From: Promethearchaeota archaeon
GTDB lineage: Archaea > Asgardarchaeota > Thorarchaeia > Thorarchaeales > Thorarchaeaceae
Direction: 5' to 3'
Assembly: GCA_027031765.1 (NCBI GenBank)
Contig: JALVPN010000041.1
Coordinates: 15,129 to 47,128, forward strand
DNA length: 32,000 nt
Shown: positions 8,402 through 17,092 of the stretch, in pieces
How positions within the stretch are numbered: position 1 is the first letter of the stretch
How the letters are laid out: every line of letters starts with the position of its first letter
Program-made: the position numbers and the translations under genes
Notes under the pieces: generated by a model
Told to the model about the DNA's origin: nothing
What the model saw: only the letters and a program-made list of their open reading frames with translations
The model's database searches: none

Positions 8402-9309
8402 GTGCCGGTTGGGCCTAGAGCATGTGCTGACCAAACTCAGGTCTGACGAGTCCGTACGGGGGTATGCACTACTGACCAGTTCCGGCCGGCCAGTCCTCTC
8501 ATTCAGGCTGCCCGAGGAGGTCATGTCAAGGACACATGGCACCCTGCAGGTATTGGCGGCCTCGCTCAGGCCCGTGAATGTCATTGCTGACGAGGGGACT
8601 GCTGTTCTCGCACATCTGAACTCTGACTAGGTACTCACTGTCACATTTGATTCCAAGTTGAACCTTGGCGAGGCCCTCGAGAGAACCCCGGTTGTTGTGA
8701 CCCTCCTCAGGCGGGCAGACCTCCCCGAACCCCCAGACTCAGAGGTCTCTGTGCCCACTGTTGAGATTCGGGTGGTCCACACTGCCGCCACTGTGGGCCC
8801 AACATGGTCCGCTTAGGGGCCCCTTTTGCCACGCCCCGCGTTCCAGATACGCCACGGCTGTGTGATGTCACCGGACAGACGCTACGATGAGGCAATCCGC
8901 ATCGGTTACGACCTGGATGTCCAGATACGGTCATGGTTCTCAAACATGGGCCTTGACATGCTGATGTATGTTGACAGCAACAACACCCTCACATCGAGAT
9001 TGCCGAAAACTTGCGCAGGATGTCGAGAGGGTGATCAATGTCCTGCAGTGGTGCTATGATAACTGGGTTGTCGGTGCTGAATGTCCTGAAGAGCAGGCGC
9101 CAGCAAAGAGGGAAATCCTTGAGATGCCCACGTACGAAGGGCACCTTGAGGACGCCAAGAAATAGCACCGGAGAGTCCTTGAACTGTGCTACGGTACGAG
9201 GACGGTCCAGGAGGTTGCCGACCATCTGGGCCTCCTCTACTTGGATGTGTTGAAGGCCATACTCCCCTATCGGGACAAGACTCTGAGAATGGTGCGTCGT
9301 ACAAGATGA
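8402..9309 (+). pseudogene. Disrupted paralog of the Roadblock + tandem winged-helix gene at 11389-12357
   Basis: Manual translation aligns with the paralog end to end (LEHVLTKLRSDESVRGYALLTSSGRP vs LERALSKLRFDDQVIGYSLMTKAGRP; GLDMLMYVD vs GFDVLMLVD; LCYGTRTVQEVA vs MCDGTRTPEEIA). Lesions: +1 at about 8411-8414, TAG 8628, TAG 8814, two -1 shifts at about 8991-9009, TAG 9163. Confidence 0.85.
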
Positions 9310-9325
9310 CTGTGGAGGTCAAGTC

Positions 9326-9829
9326 GTGGGTGTGAAGGGAAAGTTGGCATGGGCACTGAAGACTGACAGGGTATCGGAGCCGTCATTCCAGGCCATCTAC
9401 CGCGAGTTCGTGAACCTGCTACTTGAGACATGCGAGAGCGTTGACGAGATCAACCGCCGACTGAAAGAGGTCGGCTTTCATGTTGGGGGGCGTATCCTCC
9501 CTTAGTATGCCGACAAGATACGGGAGCACGCAAAGGAGTTCCATGAGTCTGCGTCAACCTTGCAGCTGGCGTACAAGGTGAACCTTGGACAGGAGTTCAC
9601 GACCGTGTGGATTAGAAACGACCGAAAGACCATCAAGTTCAGCGATGAACGGTGTGTCATCTGCGAGGGAGTTGAGATTGCGGACATGCCGGGACTGCAG
9701 TACTGCAACCTTTTGAGTGGCGTGTTCCAGGCTGTCCTGGGCCTCCGGGGCTTCAAGGGCACGACGTATCAGGAGACCTGTCGGGCACTCGGCGACCCGG
9801 AGTGCATGTGGACAACCAAGTCCGAATAG
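9326..9829 (+). pseudogene. Bet3/TRAPPC3-like V4R protein interrupted by one in-frame TAG (9503-9505)
   Basis: One frame reads DRVSEPSFQAIYREFVNLLLETCESVDEINRRLKEVGFHVGGRILP*YADKIRE...LQYCNLLSGVFQAVL...TCRALGDPEC. GGAGGT at 9314-9319 precedes GTG 9326. Confidence 0.85.
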
Positions 9830-10008
9830 ACCGCGCACCACCCACACCCGGTGCACTTGGTATGTATGTTGGACACTGGAGTGGTCAGCCCATCCTGACC
9901 GGCCGGTCTCCGCAAAGGTAAAGAGTGGTAGTAGTCTTACCAGGCCTGCATGTGTCGGCTGTCACCTGCACAACAATGGTCGCCGTGTGCACGCGAGAGG
10001 AGATAGAC

Positions 10009-10509
10009 ATGGGTCAAATTACCGGTGCCTTCCTTGGATTCATCACTGCATTCATTGCCTGCTTCCTGATACTGCTCTTCGGGACGTTCGTCCCAGAGGA
10101 TGTCGTGGCGTCCAGCATAGTGGACGACTTCGTCGGGCACCCCGACTTGGAACTGAAGCTTGCCATTGTTGGGACCGTCCTGTACCCACCCCACCTGGGC
10201 CAGATGTTACCGTACGGTGCGCAGCAGAGCACCGTGCTCATGGCCCTAGTGTGGGGCCTCGGGGGCCTGCTCGCCGGCCTCGTTTCTCGTGACATCGTGA
10301 AAGGGGTCTTTGCAGCAATCTTTGCCGTGGTCATCGGTGCTGTGCTGACATGGCTGATGGTCTTCATTGTCCAGACTGCCGACATCGCCGCAATCTTTGG
10401 GTCGTTGTCACTCCTGATCTTACAAGTCACTTTTGAGGGGACATTATACCCGCTAATAGCTGCAGTGATTGGTGGTCTCCTCGGGAGTGCTATCACGCGC
10501 GAGCGGTAG
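10009..10509 (+). CDS. Hypothetical multi-pass membrane protein (about 4-5 TM)
   Basis: Several hydrophobic stretches; GAGGAG precedes ATG 10009. Confidence 0.8.
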   Translation: MGQITGAFLGFITAFIACFLILLFGTFVPEDVVASSIVDDFVGHPDLELKLAIVGTVLYPPHLGQMLPYGAQQSTVLMALVWGLGGLLAGLVSRDIVKGVFAAIFAVVIGAVLTWLMVFIVQTADIAAIFGSLSLLILQVTFEGTLYPLIAAVIGGLLGSAITRER

Positions 10510-11232
10510 TCAGTCCTGATGACCTGCACCGACAGCCCCCACACATTCCTCCCACTCGTCCTCAGCGGCTCCCATCTCCAGCTGTCGTCCGCAATATGCA
10601 CAGACGAGTGGGTTCGACTTGAAGACCGCGCCGCATGTGCACACCGTTTCGATTTTCAGTGGTGGTGGTACCTGCTGTCTGCGGGTGATGGCCGTCTTCA
10701 GGGTGGCCGTCGTCATCCACCCGGGCACGGAGAGGCCAGACGCCAACATCGCAGCAACGAAGTGCAGGAACAGTGCCCAGTTCCGGGCATCTCTGTCGCC
10801 AGTCCAAAGTGTGGGGTCAAGTAGGAGGGCTGATGTCAGCGAACCAAGGAGCACAAGCCCTCCCATCCAGACGGATGTGCGCATACAGTTGCTGCGTGAT
10901 GTGGCGGGGATCCCCGCAACAGCACCCATCAGGGCCCACACAAGGGCGTACTGAATCCATGCACCAGCACTGGCTGATGTCATGCTGACCGGGTGGAGGT
11001 GCTGAGTGCCTGTCAGGAACACCCACAAGGGCCAGGACAAGCGCACTGGATACCCGGGCTCCTGGAGGTCTTTCAAGACGACCACTGCAACTGCTCCCAG
11101 TGAAACGCCAACCATGGCGCCGAGAAAGTCTCTCAAGGCCTGCCGTCTCCGCGCTTGGGCACAGTTGTAGCCCGGGGGAGTGCTCCCGGCCATCGCCGGA
11201 CGTCCATCCATCAGACGGACCCGTGCCCGCAT
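10510..11232 (-). CDS. Multi-pass membrane protein with C-terminal zinc ribbon (CxC...CxxC); start uncertain
   Basis: About four hydrophobic segments, then ETVCTCGAVFKSNPLVCAYCG. Confidence 0.75.
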   Translation of the reverse strand: MRARVRLMDGRPAMAGSTPPGYNCAQARRRQALRDFLGAMVGVSLGAVAVVVLKDLQEPGYPVRLSWPLWVFLTGTQHLHPVSMTSASAGAWIQYALVWALMGAVAGIPATSRSNCMRTSVWMGGLVLLGSLTSALLLDPTLWTGDRDARNWALFLHFVAAMLASGLSVPGWMTTATLKTAITRRQQVPPPLKIETVCTCGAVFKSNPLVCAYCGRQLEMGAAEDEWEECVGAVGAGHQD

Positions 11233-11388
11233 GTGTGTGTCCTCTCGCTGATGCGGAACACTTAATGGTTTCTAAGGCGCCTTACAAGAATGGCTGAGTA
11301 TGGAACCACAATGCTTTTCAGACCTCTAGACGACATACGAGCTTGTCCTGCAGGTCTGGACTAACAAGAGGCTGTGAGGTGGACCAGG

Positions 11389-12357
11389 GTGCCGGGTGAC
11401 CTTGAAAGAGCGCTTTCGAAGTTGAGGTTTGATGACCAAGTGATTGGCTATTCGTTGATGACCAAAGCGGGGCGCCCGTTCGTGAGCTTCTCTTTCCCGG
11501 ATGACCTGTTCCCCCGTGTCAAAGAGAGCATCAGCCTCTACAAGGCAGACCTGCGTCTCATGACCATTGACACGGACAAGGGCCTCGTTGTCCTGTCACC
11601 CGTGGACAACAACTGGATCCTGACCGTGCTGTATGTGCCAGAGCTCCAGCTTGGGCTTGCCATCGCGAAGACCAAGAACGTGCTCCGTCAGCTTGAGGGT
11701 GCCGAGCTGCCACCGCCGCCAGAAGACTTCGAGGACTCGGCCGAGGAGAACCTCCAGGTGTTGGAGCGTGTCGCAATCCAGGCTGCGTCGACATCCACAG
11801 TCACGAGCACAGTCGCGCCCCCAGCCGCCCCTGTAGAAGAGGCGGTGCCGGCAGAGAAGTCCCCTGAGGACTTTGTGGTGACTCCGAGCACGGTCCCAAA
11901 GAAGGGCCCCCAGTACTCTCTGGCCCTCTCCCTAGACTCGCCCCTCTACAATGACATGCGTGAGCGCTACCGCAACTTTGGTTTCGACGTCCTCATGCTT
12001 GTCGACGGCACGATGACCGCTGGTCAGATTGCCGAGGCGATGTTCCAGCCCAACGACCGCATCATCGAGCTACTGAAGTGGGCTGCGTCAAAGGACATCG
12101 TTGAGGTGCCGGAGGCGGAGGCCGCAGGCCAGGCAGTTTCGGAGCCCACAGCGATAGGACGCTTCGTCAAGTGTCCAAAGTTCGAGGGCGACATCTCAAA
12201 GGTGCGGGCTGAGGACCGGCAGATAATCAGCATGTGCGACGGCACCAGGACTCCTGAGGAGATTGCAGAGGCGCTTGGAATCCCCCACGCAAAGGTAGTC
12301 CAGGCCCTTGGCCGGAACCGTCGTTATGGCCTGAAGATGATTGGCCGGGCCAAGTAA
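11389..12357 (+). CDS. Roadblock/LAMTOR-like domain + Pro/acidic linker + two winged-helix domains
   Basis: The N-terminal ~100 aa follow the roadblock secondary-structure pattern, ending in WILTVLY...QLGLA. Two repeats of xxLxxxDGxxTxxxIA. GAGGTG precedes GTG 11389; the alternative start is 11374. Confidence 0.8.
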   Translation: MPGDLERALSKLRFDDQVIGYSLMTKAGRPFVSFSFPDDLFPRVKESISLYKADLRLMTIDTDKGLVVLSPVDNNWILTVLYVPELQLGLAIAKTKNVLRQLEGAELPPPPEDFEDSAEENLQVLERVAIQAASTSTVTSTVAPPAAPVEEAVPAEKSPEDFVVTPSTVPKKGPQYSLALSLDSPLYNDMRERYRNFGFDVLMLVDGTMTAGQIAEAMFQPNDRIIELLKWAASKDIVEVPEAEAAGQAVSEPTAIGRFVKCPKFEGDISKVRAEDRQIISMCDGTRTPEEIAEALGIPHAKVVQALGRNRRYGLKMIGRAK

Positions 12358-12396
12358 GGACGGCCAGTTCCAACTGTTCCCAGAGGTGCACCAGTC

Positions 12397-12870
12397 ATGG
12401 CAAAGGCACAGAACCCACTTTTCCTGAGTCTGTACTCGTTCAACGTCGACAGAATCCTTGAGGAGTCCAGCAACGTCGAGGAGGCCAATGAACGGCTCCG
12501 TACCCTCGGGAGGGAGCTGGCCCAGCAGCTCTACTTCTCTACAGACATTGAGGAGCGGAGCAAGGAGACCATACTTACACGTGAGGATGTCGCAAAGCTC
12601 GTGGAGGTGGTCTTCAGGGCACTCTTTGACAAGAAGCCCACCGAGATTGACCTGGAGTCGGCGCGCGGGTCAATCAGGGTGTCCGACCGTGACTGCATAT
12701 TCTGTCAGGACATTCACCTTGAGGGGGTGCGCGGGGTCGGGTACTGCGAGGTCTTCAGTGGCATCCTTGAGTCCATTCTTGAGTTCAAGGGTGTTGACTC
12801 GAAGGTCTTTGAGGAGCTCTGCAAGGCCACAGGGGCCGACTTCTGTGTGTGGAACATCCGTTTGATCTGA
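12397..12870 (+). CDS. Bet3/TRAPPC3-like V4R-fold protein
   Basis: LFLSLYSFNV...NVEEANERLRTLG, CIFC, YCEVFSGILESIL and LCKATGADFC. Confidence 0.85.
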   Translation: MAKAQNPLFLSLYSFNVDRILEESSNVEEANERLRTLGRELAQQLYFSTDIEERSKETILTREDVAKLVEVVFRALFDKKPTEIDLESARGSIRVSDRDCIFCQDIHLEGVRGVGYCEVFSGILESILEFKGVDSKVFEELCKATGADFCVWNIRLI

Positions 12871-12948
12871 CCGGCACCCGGAGCGACACATGTTGCAGTC
12901 GCTATGAGATGGTCCGTTGTCATGTAGGCCATAGGTCAGCACAAAGCA

Positions 12949-12956
12949 CTTAACTC
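12949..12956 (+). promoter_or_regulatory. BRE/TATA-like element upstream of the third V4R gene
   Basis: CAAAGCA-CTTAACTC about 37 nt before ATG 12993. Confidence 0.45.
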
Positions 12957-12992
12957 ACTATTCTGCCACAGGTGTAAACGGGAGAGTCCGCG

Positions 12993-13547
12993 ATGTCGAA
13001 GCAAGAAACCCTACATTGGTGGACTGGCAAGCTGAAAGAACGTGACCTGATGCGTGCGTTCTTTTCCAAGACGTGGAACAAGATTGGCAGTCGGATTGCT
13101 GTGATGTTTCCCGACCGTGTCCGTGACCTCTACTACAGTGCAGGACGCCTTGCGGGCCTCGAGGCCCAGCGGGAGTACTTCAAGGTCGGGAAGCAGAAGC
13201 CCCCCGGCGACTTCAAGGGCATCGTTGAGTTCATCAAGATGGCCCTTGAGACCCTCATAATCCCGTTCGGTGATGTCAAGATCACAAAGCTGTACAAGCT
13301 GTGGCTTGACGAGGAGGCAATAATCGAGATCAAGGACAACCCATACGCATCGGGATACCAGGCCGATGAGCCGTCGTGCTTCTTCCTGAAGGGCTTCATC
13401 GAGGCGGTTATGGAGTACCTGGCAGACTTCAACAGGCTCGAGTACGAGAAGATGTTGATTGTCGAGGAGACCTGCATGTCTGCAGGGGCGCCGTCTTGCA
13501 CTTTCAAAATCACACTCTCGCACCCTGCACGCGGCCAGGAGCGGTAG
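12993..13547 (+). CDS. V4R-domain protein
   Basis: LYYSAGRLAG, NPYA...PSCFFLKGFIEAV and EETCMSAGAPSCTF are classic V4R motifs. Confidence 0.88.
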   Translation: MSKQETLHWWTGKLKERDLMRAFFSKTWNKIGSRIAVMFPDRVRDLYYSAGRLAGLEAQREYFKVGKQKPPGDFKGIVEFIKMALETLIIPFGDVKITKLYKLWLDEEAIIEIKDNPYASGYQADEPSCFFLKGFIEAVMEYLADFNRLEYEKMLIVEETCMSAGAPSCTFKITLSHPARGQER

Positions 13548-13580
13548 TACAGACGTTACCCAAACACATTCCTTAAGTGG

Positions 13581-14369
13581 GTGGACACGAGTGTCGCACT
13601 GGTCATGACTATGGGCCGAGTCAAGGTGAAGACCGCTGTCACTGTGGGCACTGCACTGATAGTGACTTCTGTATTGTTCGGGGTGCTGCTCGTACTCCCC
13701 ACTGCTGTAGACAACAACGGTGCTCCCCACTCATACCATGCTATGGGGCCTGCCCACCATGCCCTTGCTGCACTCGACCTCACAGTATCTCTCCCGTGTA
13801 CCAGTGCAGGCACCTCGGTGGTGCTCCCGGGCCAGTCCCTCCCAGCACTCGCGACCTCCACATCGTTTGCCCTGCTCACCGGGACCGTGGTCATTGAACG
13901 GAAGGGCACCAAGTGTCGTTCGGACCTCAGGATACGGGTTGTGGACATCATCGCCTCTGAGCCCGGTATCCACTTGCGAGGAATACGCAGGGCCCTTGGC
14001 TGTGCCATGGGAGCCCTCCAGTACCACATTGCCCAGCTTGAGTCTGACGGGGAAGTCGTGTCGGTCCGGACTGGCAACGCGCGCCACTTCTTCGTGTCCA
14101 CTTTTTCGGATGACGCACGCGTCCTGCATCTTGCATCCGTACTGCGGAACCCCACGGTCAGCGCAATCGTGCGGGCCTGTATGGATGCCAGTCCGGTCAC
14201 GCAGGCGCAGATTGGCCGGGCCCTCAGCATTGACAAGAGCCTTGTGGCACACTATGTCCGGTCACTGCTCGACGCCGATGTGCTGCGTATAGTGCCCACC
14301 TTTGGCCGTGAGCGTCCGCTCGCCCTGACCGACTGGGCAATGACAGCGCTGACAGACCTGCTCACGTGA
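13581..14369 (+). CDS. Tandem winged-HTH transcriptional regulator with N-terminal membrane segment; start uncertain (13581/13605/13611)
   Basis: IIASEPGIHLRGIRRALG...GALQYHI and a second HTH (VTQAQIGRAL...LVAHYVRSL). The N-terminus is hydrophobic. Confidence 0.8.
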   Translation: MDTSVALVMTMGRVKVKTAVTVGTALIVTSVLFGVLLVLPTAVDNNGAPHSYHAMGPAHHALAALDLTVSLPCTSAGTSVVLPGQSLPALATSTSFALLTGTVVIERKGTKCRSDLRIRVVDIIASEPGIHLRGIRRALGCAMGALQYHIAQLESDGEVVSVRTGNARHFFVSTFSDDARVLHLASVLRNPTVSAIVRACMDASPVTQAQIGRALSIDKSLVAHYVRSLLDADVLRIVPTFGRERPLALTDWAMTALTDLLT

Positions 14370-14450
14370 CTGGTCTCGTCCTCACCCCTCGTGACGACCC
14401 GGTCAGTCCGGGTAGGACACACAGACACAGACTGGAGGCCTCTCCACTTG

Positions 14451-15197
14451 ATGGACAACACCGACGATACGACTGAGCCCCTCACAATTGAGGAGACCGT
14501 GGCCCCCGAGAGGGAGGTCGAGTTTGCCGTAAGGCTAACGGATGTGACACGTACCTATGTACTGGGAAAGCGCGAGATACATGCGCTCCAGGGCGTCAGC
14601 TTCGAAGTGCGTCCCGGTGAGTATGTGGTCGTCCGGGGCCCCTCTGGTTCCGGCAAGACCACACTGCTGAACATCATCGGCTGCATCGACCTCGCCACAA
14701 GTGGCCGTGTGGTGGTCATGGACGTCCCGATTGCCGAGTACGATGAGGTGTTCAGGGCCACTTTCCGCCTCACGTACACCGGGTTCATCTTCCAGAGCTA
14801 CAACCTGATCTCGACGCTCACGGCCATGGAGAACATCATGTTCCCGATGCAGCTCTCGGAGCAGCCGGAGAGTGAGGTGCGTGAGAGAGCTGCCATGCTG
14901 CTCGAGCGCGTGGGGCTTGCCGACCGGGCAGACCATCTCCCATGGCAGTTGAGCTCGGGTGAGCAACAGCGTGTGGCCATTGCACGGGCCATGGCGAACG
15001 ACCCGCCAATCATCCTCGCAGACGAGCCCACTGCGAACCTCGACCAGGAGAGTGCCGGGATGATCCGCGAGTTACTGCGGGAACTGAACGGGGATGGCAA
15101 GACCGTGATTGTCATGACCCACGACGACGAGATAGTCTCGACGCCGGGTGCTCGCCGGTTTGTAATGGACGGGGGTGTGCTGCTCCAAGATGACTGA
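14451..15197 (+). CDS. ABC transporter ATP-binding protein, LolD/MacB-type
   Basis: GPSGSGKT, LSSGEQQRVAIARA, ILADEPTANLD and MTHD motifs. Confidence 0.95.
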   Translation: MDNTDDTTEPLTIEETVAPEREVEFAVRLTDVTRTYVLGKREIHALQGVSFEVRPGEYVVVRGPSGSGKTTLLNIIGCIDLATSGRVVVMDVPIAEYDEVFRATFRLTYTGFIFQSYNLISTLTAMENIMFPMQLSEQPESEVRERAAMLLERVGLADRADHLPWQLSSGEQQRVAIARAMANDPPIILADEPTANLDQESAGMIRELLRELNGDGKTVIVMTHDDEIVSTPGARRFVMDGGVLLQDD

Positions 15198-17040
15198 ACT
15201 CGACTTCGCCTCCCGCGACCTGAAGCGCCGCCCGTTCCGCACGGCCCTCGTCCTGCTGTCGATGGTCACAGTTGTCACGGCGACTACATTCCTGTACCTC
15301 TTTGCAAATGTCCTCTTGGACATCAGCCTGTTCGTTGTGTCCGAGGGGCCAATGGCGTCGCTCAGTGTGCTCTTTGAGACCTTCGTCTGGGCTGTGCTCC
15401 TCCTTGTCCTGATCCTCGGTGTGGTGGTCGTTGCAAGCACAGTGTCACTTGAAATGGCCAGCCGGTACAGGGACATCGGCCTGATGAAGGCAGTCGGTAC
15501 CACTGTCGATGTGCTCTTCGACCACTTCACAGCCCAGTCGGTGTTGCTCCTGGTCTCCAGTGTCGTCTTGGGTGTGGCCTCCGGTACGGCCATCTATCTC
15601 GCCTCGTTGTTGTGGCTTGCATGGGTGTTACCGGGCGTCCACTTCGTCTTCCAGTTCCCGTACCTACAGGTCGGGCTCCTGGCTGTGGTGTACTTGCTCA
15701 CTGGCTACTTTGCAGCCCAGAAGGCGATATACGATGCTGTGCAGGAGCCCCCTGTCCATACACTGAACCCGGATGTGGGGACCCGTGTTCAGAGGGCTGG
15801 CTTCCTTGATGGTCTGGGCCTCTCCTTCAGGATTGCAGCCAAGGCCACTGGACGCAGGTTCCATGGCACACGCAGGGTGATACTCTCCCTGTCCCTCGGC
15901 ATCATGCTCGCCTCTGTCCTCTGGGTCGGTGGCGGCGTCGTCGAGGCCACCACCCACTCGTACGTCGAACGCGCTATGGGTAGGAACATCGTGGCTGTTG
16001 GTCACCCGGCCCTCCTTGACAGGTACTATGAGGCATACTCTCTCTATGGACGTCCCCTCAACGAGTCGTGCTCGTTCATAGACGACTCCTACATGGTGCC
16101 GGACAGCCTGGTCAGTGCCCTCGCTACTACAGACGGTGTCCTGCAGGTCGACGCACGCCTGATAGACTTCACGACGGTGGAGGAAAAGCGTGGTGTGGTC
16201 TGGAACCCCACGCTGGAACAGTACGAGCTCATCGGTCAGGAGCGTACCGGCCAGGCACTGGTCGTTGGTGTGGACTGGGGGTCTACGGTTTCGGACTGGT
16301 ACTATGAGGGTGAGCCAATCAACGCGACTGGACAGGTATGGGTGGGTGGCCGGCTTGCGACCACGATGTTTGACGACCCCTTGGTACAGAGCATGGGCGT
16401 CCATGGCCGTGCCCTCAAGGTGCGTGCCATCATGTTCGACATCGTGAACAACGGGATGGTGGCGGTGACGACGCGGGACTTCCTCCAAGAGGCACTGGGC
16501 ACTGATGGCGTGAACCTCGTCCTCGTCCAGCTGGAAAGCTATGATGGTGTGCTCCTCTCACGGATTGAGGACATGGCTGCGGAGTACGGCCTTGGCATCT
16601 ATCTGCAGGAGGAGGTCCTCAGTCAGAACCACAGGGTGATCTCCACCCTCTGGTCCCTCATATCGCCGCTGTCCCTGATGGCCTTCGCAAGCGCTTTCTT
16701 CAGCCTGACAGACTACCTGCTGGTGGCAGTATTCTCCAGGCTCCGAGACTATGTCATCATGCGTTCCATCGGTGCAAAGCCACTGTTCATAGCAAAGTGC
16801 ATTGTTGCCGAGGGCCTCGACATGGGCCTGCGCGCTGCCGTCCCGGGCATTCTGGTCGGCGTCGTGCTGAGCGTACTCTTCCTGGTGCCGGAGGCGGTCA
16901 TCCCGACTGTGTGGTACCTCCCGGTTTCCATCGGCCTGATGCTCCTTGCCATAGTGGTCGTGGTCGTGCTTGCCGCAGCCCCAGTCTATGTCCTGTTCTC
17001 GACGAGGAGCGACCTCCGTGTCTCAGAGTTCCAGGTCTAG
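15190..17040 (+). CDS. ABC transporter permease with two FtsX-like domains (MacB/LolE-type)
   Basis: RYRDIGLMKAVG and RLRDYVIMRSIGA FtsX motifs, multiple TMs and a large extracytoplasmic domain; overlaps the ATPase stop. Confidence 0.9.
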   Translation: MTELDFASRDLKRRPFRTALVLLSMVTVVTATTFLYLFANVLLDISLFVVSEGPMASLSVLFETFVWAVLLLVLILGVVVVASTVSLEMASRYRDIGLMKAVGTTVDVLFDHFTAQSVLLLVSSVVLGVASGTAIYLASLLWLAWVLPGVHFVFQFPYLQVGLLAVVYLLTGYFAAQKAIYDAVQEPPVHTLNPDVGTRVQRAGFLDGLGLSFRIAAKATGRRFHGTRRVILSLSLGIMLASVLWVGGGVVEATTHSYVERAMGRNIVAVGHPALLDRYYEAYSLYGRPLNESCSFIDDSYMVPDSLVSALATTDGVLQVDARLIDFTTVEEKRGVVWNPTLEQYELIGQERTGQALVVGVDWGSTVSDWYYEGEPINATGQVWVGGRLATTMFDDPLVQSMGVHGRALKVRAIMFDIVNNGMVAVTTRDFLQEALGTDGVNLVLVQLESYDGVLLSRIEDMAAEYGLGIYLQEEVLSQNHRVISTLWSLISPLSLMAFASAFFSLTDYLLVAVFSRLRDYVIMRSIGAKPLFIAKCIVAEGLDMGLRAAVPGILVGVVLSVLFLVPEAVIPTVWYLPVSIGLMLLAIVVVVVLAAAPVYVLFSTRSDLRVSEFQV

Positions 17041-17092
17041 TGACTGGGCAAGCTTCATTAGAGGACGGCCTCTGTGAGCAGCGGGATTACAG

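Noticed and set aside
8628-9505. Genome-wide TAG recoding
   Set aside because: Several intact genes (e.g. porG, PAC2, permease, nitroreductase) end at TAG at expected lengths, and frameshifts accompany the TAGs.
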